A DNA stretch of 38,381 bases, from contig JAGGSW010000033.1 in assembly GCA_021158895.1 (NCBI GenBank), positions 1 to 38,381 on the forward strand, given 5' to 3'. Position 1 is the stretch's first letter. Every line of letters starts with the position of its first letter. Positions 19,386 through 27,200 of this stretch are shown here, in pieces. The DNA comes from Candidatus Odinarchaeota archaeon (lineage in GTDB: Archaea > Asgardarchaeota > Baldrarchaeia > Baldrarchaeales > DXJG01). A program made the translations under genes and the position numbers. The notes beneath the pieces are model-generated. The model saw nothing but the letters and a program-made list of their open reading frames with translations. It searched no databases and was not told the origin of the DNA.

Positions 19386-19606
19386 CGCTGGTGGTCCCGG
19401 GTTCAAATCCCGGCGGCCCCACCAAATTAAGTTAAAGAATATGAAAAGTGAGTTTTCTTCGATGTAATCTATTTACCTGTTTTGAAAAATTGTGTTTGAG
19501 ATTTTTGTACCAAAGTAGCAAGAAATTTGTATTAGCATCTAACTTAGAAATTAATTGCATGTAATCATAGTTTTTGCTGCGTCATTAATGGCTTATTGAA
19601 ATTTTG

Positions 19607-20983
19607 TTATTTTGCTGTTTGTAGGTAGTTTCTTACTTGTTTTATTATGTTTTCTATTTGGGTTTTTGCTGTTCCAGCGTAGTTGTATGGATTTAATGCT
19701 TGTTTTATTTCCTCTTCTGTTAGGTAGTTCTGAACAGTTTTATCGGTTTTTAAAACATCGAAAAAGTCTATGTTGTTTTTGTATGCTTTCATTGCGCATC
19801 TTCTAATTATTTCATGTGCCTCTTGTCGTCCTATTCCCTTTTTGACTAGTGTTAACATAACTGCTTCAGCCATTATTAGTCCTTTTGTCAAATTAAGGTT
19901 TCTTTTCATGTTTTCTGGGTAAATTCTTAATCCTTTGAGTACTTTTTTCATAGTTTTTAACTGTTCATCTAGGAGGATACATGCCTCCGGTACCATTGTT
20001 CTTTCGCACGAACTGTTTGTGAGATCTCTCTCATGTTCTATCACTACGTTTTCTAATGCAGCAACAGCTAGGCTTCTTAGTATTTTTGCCAGTCCGCATA
20101 TTTTTTCGGAGCTTATTGGATTTCTTTTTTGAGGCATTGTGCTTGATCCTACTTGCACTTCTTCTTTAAACGGTTCTTCCAGTTCATGAATTTCTGTTCT
20201 TTGAAGATTTCGTATTTCTCTTCCAAATTTGTCTAGTGAGCTTGATATTAGTGCTAGTAGGCATATGAATTCTGCTAGTCTGTCTCTTGGTACTATTTGT
20301 GAAGATATTTCTGCAGGTTTTATGCCTAGGTATTTCATGGTGAGTTCTTGTACTTTTAGCGCATTTGGTCCGAATCCGGCTTGCGTTCCTACTGCTCCGC
20401 TCATTTTTCCAACGCATACTCTTTCTTTACATTGTCTTAGTCTTTCTATGTGTAGTTTGATTTCGTTTGCCCAGATGGCAAATTTGTGGCCTAATATGTA
20501 GGGTATTGCATGCTGTCCGTGCGTTCGTCCTACACAGATTGTTTCTTTATTTTTTTCTGCTAGATCTATTAGTAGGTGTGCTATTTCGATAAGATCTTTT
20601 TCAATTATGTTGATGGCTTCTTTGATTTGCAGAGCTAACACTGTGTCTAGGATATCTGAACTTGTTGCTCCTAGGTGTATGTATTTTCCATAGGGGCCAC
20701 ATACTTCTGTAAGGGCTTTTATGACAGCCATTGTTTCATGTTTAATTTCTTTTTCTATTTCGTTTACCCTTTCAAGTTTTACGTGTTCTATTGTCGCCAT
20801 TTTTGATATATGTTCAGCTGCTTTCCTTGGGATGTTTCCAACTTCTGCATGGGCTTTTGCTAGTGCTGCTTCTACTTCTAGCATTTTTTGTAGCCAGTTT
20901 TCTCTGTCAAAGATTTTTCTCATTTCGTAACTGCCGTATCGATAATCGATTGGATGAATTAAGAAGAACCTTTTATCTTCCAT
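19607..20983 (-). CDS. purB: Adenylosuccinate lyase.
   Basis: 458 aa. The N-terminus HPIDYRYGS and the fumarate-lyase signature region (GSSTMPQKRNP) are present. Confidence 0.9.
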   Translation of the reverse strand: MEDKRFFLIHPIDYRYGSYEMRKIFDRENWLQKMLEVEAALAKAHAEVGNIPRKAAEHISKMATIEHVKLERVNEIEKEIKHETMAVIKALTEVCGPYGKYIHLGATSSDILDTVLALQIKEAINIIEKDLIEIAHLLIDLAEKNKETICVGRTHGQHAIPYILGHKFAIWANEIKLHIERLRQCKERVCVGKMSGAVGTQAGFGPNALKVQELTMKYLGIKPAEISSQIVPRDRLAEFICLLALISSSLDKFGREIRNLQRTEIHELEEPFKEEVQVGSSTMPQKRNPISSEKICGLAKILRSLAVAALENVVIEHERDLTNSSCERTMVPEACILLDEQLKTMKKVLKGLRIYPENMKRNLNLTKGLIMAEAVMLTLVKKGIGRQEAHEIIRRCAMKAYKNNIDFFDVLKTDKTVQNYLTEEEIKQALNPYNYAGTAKTQIENIIKQVRNYLQTAK

Positions 20984-21048
20984 TTTTTACACCTATTTAA
21001 GTTAAAGATTTGTTTTGTAAGATTTAATAGATCGGGCTTTAGGAAATA

Positions 21049-24000
21049 TTAGCTATAGTCTGTTAGTCTTTTTTGTTTTTTCTCTTCTTTCTTCAATAGA
21101 ACTACATCATTTTCAGAAATCTCCCCGCCAATTTGTTTCTTAATGTTTTTCACGATTTCTGGTCCAATTAATGGTAGGGATAATAGTTCCCTTACTGTTG
21201 CTTTTTGTAGGTCAAATATGGTCTTGAAACCGTATCTGTAAAGTATCCTTGCTCTGACTCTTCCAATTCCTTTCAAACGAACCAGTTCTAATAGTTCTTC
21301 TCTTACACCGTGTTTTACTCTTTGTCTTACCTTCCATATTTCTGAAATTAGATCGTCTCTTTTAATTATTTTTGCTATTTCTTCGGCAGCATAGAGAAGC
21401 CAGTCCGCTGTTTCAACTATTCTTAGGAGATCTCCCGATCCTATTCCGTAGTTTTCAAGCATCTCATCTTCTGTCTTTTCATCTATCCAATCTTGTAAAA
21501 GCTGAGCTACTTTAACCTCTGAAAGAAACCATTCATACTCGGTGGGTTGTGCTAGGTAGTCCGGTACTTCAACTAGAAATTCATCGTAGTGCATATCTAC
21601 AATTTCCATGAATTTTTGGTAATCTTTGCGGCGAAGATACAATTTTACCATATCAGGAGTATGAGAAATTAGGTGGAGGAAAGATAGTGTGGTGGCTTTT
21701 TCTTTTTCAGCATTTAGTAGACCATCACGTATAATTACGGCTGTGAGAGGGTCAATGTAGAGTTCAGATACTCTTTTGCCTAAAGGTGTTGGTAAGAATA
21801 CTTGTTCCCTCTTTACTAGGAGCTCTTCAGTAATTAAAAAGTTTAAAATTCTTCTTATAACGGATTTTATGTTTTCAGGATCATATTGGTAAGCATAAAA
21901 TGTTTCGTTTATGAATTTTAAAAGGGATCTTTCGCTGTTTGCGTAACCCGCAGCGACAGTTGAGAGCACATGTGTTCTGAGTACTTGTTCATTTGCAAGC
22001 TTTGACCAGATTTTTTCAGGTTCACCGAATATGTAGGTTTCGAATAGTTGTTTCTTTTCTTCTTCGCTTTTAGCTATTAGTATGGCTTCCCCATATTTAT
22101 CATATTTTGGCCTTCCTGCCCTTCCTGCTTGCTGTTTATATTCTAGTATTGGAATAGGGTAACGTCCTAGATCTGATTCATAGCGATAATAATCTCTTAT
22201 TATAACACGTCTGGCTGGAAGGTTTACTCCAGCCGCTAGAGTAGGTGTTGCACATATTATTTTGATAATATTTTGCCTGAAAGTGTTCTCAATTATTTTT
22301 CTATGTTCGTAGTGTAGTCCAGCATGGTGAAAGGCGACTCCTCGTTTAACTAGCTCGGCAAGTTTCTCGCTCTGCTGTGTTCTAGTCCCTCTCCTCAATA
22401 TTTCGTCAGCTACTTCCGCAAGTGCTCTTTGCTGCGTTTTTGACAGAAGCTTTGGCAAGATTTTTGCTATTTTTGTTGCCATGCTTACAGCTGCCCTACG
22501 AGTGCTGAGGAAAACAAGGGATTGTCCTCCTTCGTATACCGTGTCTATGGCCAATGATACCACAGGGTTACTGTCAAATATTTTAAGTCTTTTTATAGTA
22601 CCATCATTAAACTCTATTACCTCCCCGTCAAATATTCCCTCTTTTAGAATCACTGGCCGCCAGTTACTTAGCACTAGTTTGGCGTTTAGCCAGTCAGCAA
22701 TCTCTTCTGCATTTTTTATCGTTGCACTTAAAGCTAAGAATTGTGCGTTTGGATTTACCTGTTTTAGTCTAGATAAGACTACTTCTAAGGTTGGTCCTCT
22801 ATGGGGATCATTAATTAAATGAATTTCATCCGCAACTATTACAGTGAGTTTATTAATCCATGGGGAATGATGACGTAGAAGTGAATCGATTTTTTCATTT
22901 GTATTGTGGCATATGACTCCGCCGATGCCCGCAATGAAGTTCTCACACCTAGGAACGGATAAGTCATATACGTAGTTTGATGATGGAGGTACTTGAACGA
23001 TTTTCTTAACTTTTGCAAAAGCAAAGTCCGAGTTCAAGATTCTTTTTATTTTTTCAAGTTCTTTAAGTAATGTTAATCCTGTTTTGGAAATATCGTAGAG
23101 ATAAAATTTGTTTTTGCCTTTTATTCTTATTAGTCCCTTTTTTAATAGAATTTTTAGATGAAAATTAACTTTTGACTCGTCAATCCTTAAGAATGAGGAT
23201 ATCTCTCTGATATTGAGTTCTCCACGATTTGCTAGCAAATTAAGAATTCTGGTTTTTGTAGAATTTTCCTCAGAATTTATTAATTTGAGGAGGTCTTCTC
23301 TACTAATTCTCTCTGCGGGATAATTGGGCGTTTTGTTGCTTAAGTGTCTCAATACGGTTTTTATTTGGTCTATAGGTAACATGCAAACAGTGTCTGTTTC
23401 TTGTACTTGTGGAGAATTTGAATAGTTTGATTTCACCTCATGATTAGTAATTTTGAAAGGAAACTTTTTAGGAATGAGTACATAGTCTCCTATTTGGATT
23501 TCAGATGTCTTTTTTGCTTTTATATTTAAATTTTCAAGAACATACACACTGTGACTACCAGTTACAGTTACTTCTCTTCCAGTTTCAAGCTGTAGTTTAT
23601 AGAGTGGCTCTGTTATTTTATGTCGAACTATTTTACTGATTTTTCTAAAACTTATACGATAACTCTCAGGATCAAATGCTAGGGTTTCGTAATTAAGATC
23701 TGATATGTCCAAAATTTCACATCCACTTGAATAGATTACTCTGTTTGATTTTTCTATTAATTTATCTACGAATTCCCCTATTTTAACGATTTTAACAGTT
23801 TTGTTTTCTTTAATTACTACGGGTTCATTATAATCTACAGAGCAAACAATAATGTCATAGTTTTCGAGCCATTTATCTGATGAATCGTAGTCACCTGTAG
23901 ATAATGCTACTTTTACCCCTATTTGTTCATATTTTTTGAATTCTTCGTATTTTTCATTGGCTAGAGCTCTTAATGGTACTAAATATAGGGCTTTGCCACC

Positions 24001-24138
24001 TTCATTTAAGATTGATTTTAACATTGCTAGCTCTGCTACAAGAGTTTTTCCAGAGGCTGTTGGTATGGCTAAAACTAAATTCTCATGATTAAGAGCCCCT
24101 TTTTTGATGGCTTCTTCTTGTGGAGGATATAAATTCAC
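21049..24138 (-). CDS. hel308: Hel308/Hjm (Ski2-like) DNA helicase interrupted by one intein. The true start is probably upstream, at 24201 (see findings).
   Basis: 1029 aa with Q-motif LYPPQ, Walker A PTASGKT, DEIH box, and a C-terminal winged-helix/ratchet/HhH region. The extein is 715 aa once the 314-aa insert is removed. Confidence 0.9.
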   Translation of the reverse strand: MNLYPPQEEAIKKGALNHENLVLAIPTASGKTLVAELAMLKSILNEGGKALYLVPLRALANEKYEEFKKYEQIGVKVALSTGDYDSSDKWLENYDIIVCSVDYNEPVVIKENKTVKIVKIGEFVDKLIEKSNRVIYSSGCEILDISDLNYETLAFDPESYRISFRKISKIVRHKITEPLYKLQLETGREVTVTGSHSVYVLENLNIKAKKTSEIQIGDYVLIPKKFPFKITNHEVKSNYSNSPQVQETDTVCMLPIDQIKTVLRHLSNKTPNYPAERISREDLLKLINSEENSTKTRILNLLANRGELNIREISSFLRIDESKVNFHLKILLKKGLIRIKGKNKFYLYDISKTGLTLLKELEKIKRILNSDFAFAKVKKIVQVPPSSNYVYDLSVPRCENFIAGIGGVICHNTNEKIDSLLRHHSPWINKLTVIVADEIHLINDPHRGPTLEVVLSRLKQVNPNAQFLALSATIKNAEEIADWLNAKLVLSNWRPVILKEGIFDGEVIEFNDGTIKRLKIFDSNPVVSLAIDTVYEGGQSLVFLSTRRAAVSMATKIAKILPKLLSKTQQRALAEVADEILRRGTRTQQSEKLAELVKRGVAFHHAGLHYEHRKIIENTFRQNIIKIICATPTLAAGVNLPARRVIIRDYYRYESDLGRYPIPILEYKQQAGRAGRPKYDKYGEAILIAKSEEEKKQLFETYIFGEPEKIWSKLANEQVLRTHVLSTVAAGYANSERSLLKFINETFYAYQYDPENIKSVIRRILNFLITEELLVKREQVFLPTPLGKRVSELYIDPLTAVIIRDGLLNAEKEKATTLSFLHLISHTPDMVKLYLRRKDYQKFMEIVDMHYDEFLVEVPDYLAQPTEYEWFLSEVKVAQLLQDWIDEKTEDEMLENYGIGSGDLLRIVETADWLLYAAEEIAKIIKRDDLISEIWKVRQRVKHGVREELLELVRLKGIGRVRARILYRYGFKTIFDLQKATVRELLSLPLIGPEIVKNIKKQIGGEISENDVVLLKKEEKKQKRLTDYS
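22903..23844 (-). mobile_element. Intein in hel308 (314 aa) lacking LAGLIDADG motifs and containing an ArsR-like wHTH.
   Basis: The host sequence DIIV | C...HN | TNEKIDSLL restores the conserved helicase motif Ia region. Cys1 codon tgc at 23842-44 and Asn codon aat at 22903-05 were checked on the DNA. Block B is TGSH. The C-terminus is NFIAGIGGVICHN followed by Thr+1. Confidence 0.85.
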
Positions 24139-24220
24139 TATTCCCTGTGAGATAAGTAGTTCTTTTATTTTTTGTGGTATGTCTAGCTCTTCTATTTTAA
24201 TTCTTTATTTCCCCCGTTTG

Positions 24221-27200
24221 CTAAGCTTTCTTGACATGGTCCGGTCTTGGCTCGAAAATTATACCTTCCTTTTTCATTCGTTCTATAGCTCTTTTAACAA
24301 ATTCTTCATCAATACCTTCTATGCTTGCTCTTTCAATAAGCTTTGATACTGGAACTGCTTTATCTACGTCTTCACTCAGTTCATCTATTAAATCTAATAT
24401 TTTTTCCATTTTGTCTCTTTGCGACTTGCTGTGCCCTGTCATTATTAGGTCTATGTCAAGTTGCCCCGTTTCGCTATCTATTCCTACTTGTTGTAAGGAG
24501 AGTTTCATAAGGCGTATTGCTTCCTCAGCATCTTCAACAGTTACTTTATCTCTGAGAGCCATCCTTGCATGAGCTTCAGCTAATCTAATTAAGGCTTCTA
24601 ATTGCCTCGCCGTTATAGGCACAGGGGATGTTGGAGCTTCACCTATACTCCTAAGCTCTAAATAGAACTGTTCAATTCTTTTCGCTGCCTCAGGAGTTAA
24701 CACCGGATGAACATTTTTCCTAGCATATGCAATGTATTTTCTAAGAAGGTCAGGAGGTATAGGTGGCTCAACGGTTCTCATTTGATGCAAAGCAAGAATA
24801 TGCTCAGCTACCTGTTTATCCACCTCTACCCTAGGCCTATCTGTCAAAATAAAAATCAAATCAAAACGAGACAAAATAGTCGGTGGAAGATTAATGTTAT
24901 CCGCTGGAGGCCTATAATGATCATACCTACCAAGCTTAGGGTTAGCAGCAGCCAAAATAGCTGTACGAGCATTAAGAGTAGCGACAATACCAGCCTTAGC
25001 AATACTAATTGTATTGTGGAGCACAAGTCCATGACTTATGAAATTCCTTGTTGGCTCCACTGTAACATCATAAACCCATTCTGTTTCGAACTTTCCATTA
25101 TTTTCTACGATTTCCACTTTCTCTATTTTTTCACCATTTATGCTTATTTCTAACTTCTTATGTCCTTCAGATGAGATTTCTCTAACTGCTGGAACAAGAA
25201 GCCCCACTTTTAATTCTTCTGCACTTACAGTTTCAATCTTTCCATCTTTGAAAACAAACACAGGATGTTCTGGGGTCACGAGTATCTCTTTACCATTTGA
25301 ATATAGTATTCTTATAAATCGACTCGGTGCTTTATGTCTGCTAACCCTGTTGATTTTTGTCCTGAATATTTTATCAAAGTCTGTAGTGAGAATTTCGATA
25401 TTTAGATCCGATACTGGAAGAATTTCACAATCTATCCCGTATATTTTCCTATCTAGAAATTGTTCGAAAAGATTATCGACAAAATCTCCGATTTTAACCT
25501 TGGTTCCATCTGCTAAAGTAATTTCAAAGAAAGGATGATAAGACTGCTGTTCCATCGCTTCGTGGATAGCTACCCTGTCCTGTGGGTTCATTTTGTCAAA
25601 TTCGTCAATGCATGCGACACCGCGATCTGAGAGCACTAGTGCTCCTGCTTCTAGACTCATTCCACCCGTTTCTGGGTCTCTTATTACCGCTGCGGTGTTG
25701 TGAACTATAATTCCGTTGGCTATGAAATTATGGGTTTCTTTAACTGTTAGGTCGTAAACATAGGGGATATTCTTTGAATCTAAAATTTCTACGTTCTTTA
25801 TTTTATCCCAGAATATGTCTGAATTAGCTAGTTTGTCGAGGTATTGTATCACTTTTCTGGCGAGTTCTATTTGAATGCGGGTCTGATTGATCTTAATATT
25901 TAGTTTGTGAGCTAATTTTTTGTTTTTCTCATTTAGTAATGTTGCTAGTTTTTCTAAAATGTCTAGAGGCACCTTTATATTCCTGTTCTTTCTTCTGAAA
26001 TATTCGTAGAATTGACTTTTATCAATTCCTAAGTCTTTCTTAAGATCTTTCGATTTATAGCTTGATAAGACAGAGGCTAACTTTTCTTTAATTTCATATG
26101 GTAGGGCTATTTTTACTTTTTTAGCTTCTGCATTTCTTAGATGAATAACTATTTCTTGAAGTTTCCTTCTTGAGATGCTACTTCCGTTGTATTTCTTCTT
26201 TATTTTTAGGTCGTAAAATTTGCTGACTATTTCTAAGATTTGCCCGATTTTTGGAATAACGTCTACATTGGTGCTAGCTTTTGTTCTTTTTGAAAGAACT
26301 TTTTCAAGTTTTTCCTTTTTCGCATTGTATTTAAAACCAATTAGGTCTCTAAACTTTTTCATATTCTCCCCATAAATTGTTAGAACGTACCTATCATGGA
26401 TGGTTCTTATTACTTTTTTACGCCCATTCATATCTGTAAATTCTTCAACCTTTCCTGCGGAACTTCTTTTTCTTAAGAAAGATATTATCCCGAATCTTAG
26501 CAATACTAGTTGTAGTTTTTTCGCTAATTTTTCACTCGTAGTATCAAATTCTATAATTGAAGATCCCGTTTCTCTTTCTACTACACTGGCATCGCAATCG
26601 AATAAACCAGAAATAAATGCTGCTAGTTCATTATTGGATAGTGATAACATTATTTCACTCATATCTATTTTGTGTGCCTTTGGAGATTCTGGTATTCCTA
26701 ATTTTTTAAGTATGTGAGCCACTATTTTTGAATGAAACCTTAAGTAGGGCGTCCCGTGTTTATCGATTCCCTCTTCGACGCTGGCTCCGAAAAGATTTTT
26801 AACTAGTTTTTTGAATTTATTTCTAAGTTCTGTTGAGGTATTTGAAAATCTTATTGAATATCCGCCGTAATTTGTTCTTGAAATAGATCCATCTCCTGCG
26901 ACTAACCCCGCAAAGTACATGAAATCTTGATTAATGCATTTTGGGAGTTTAATTTTACTTCCCATTCTCTGTGAAAAGAAGCCTATGTGATTTGAAATTT
27001 CATCATAGGTGTATCCTGCCATTTTTGCTAACTTAATTAATTCATGTAGGGGAATATTGCCTTTTGCATTTGGGTTAACCCAGTTGTAATAGAGTTTATT
27101 TTCATTTATTCCTAGTTTTCTGGCAAGTTCTCTTGTAGTTAGATTATATTTTGACTTAAGTTCTTCAAGAATTTTCTTAACAAAAGTCTTAGCTCCATAA

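Larger units (their letters stand above)
19296..19424 (+). tRNA. tRNA-Pro (anticodon GGG) precursor gene with two introns and a genomically encoded CCA.
   Basis: Hand-folded. Acceptor stem: GGGGCCG (19296-19302) pairs with CGGCCCC (19414-19420), followed by discriminator A and CCA. T-arm: CCGGG-TTCAAAT-CCCGG. Anticodon stem: CCAGC (19348-52) pairs with GCTGG (19387-91). Loop after splicing: CUGGGGC, with the anticodon at 19355-57. D-stem: GTCT/GGAT. Mature length is 77 nt after removing 25 and 27 nt. This is the only GC-rich island in the AT-rich spacer. Confidence 0.85.
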
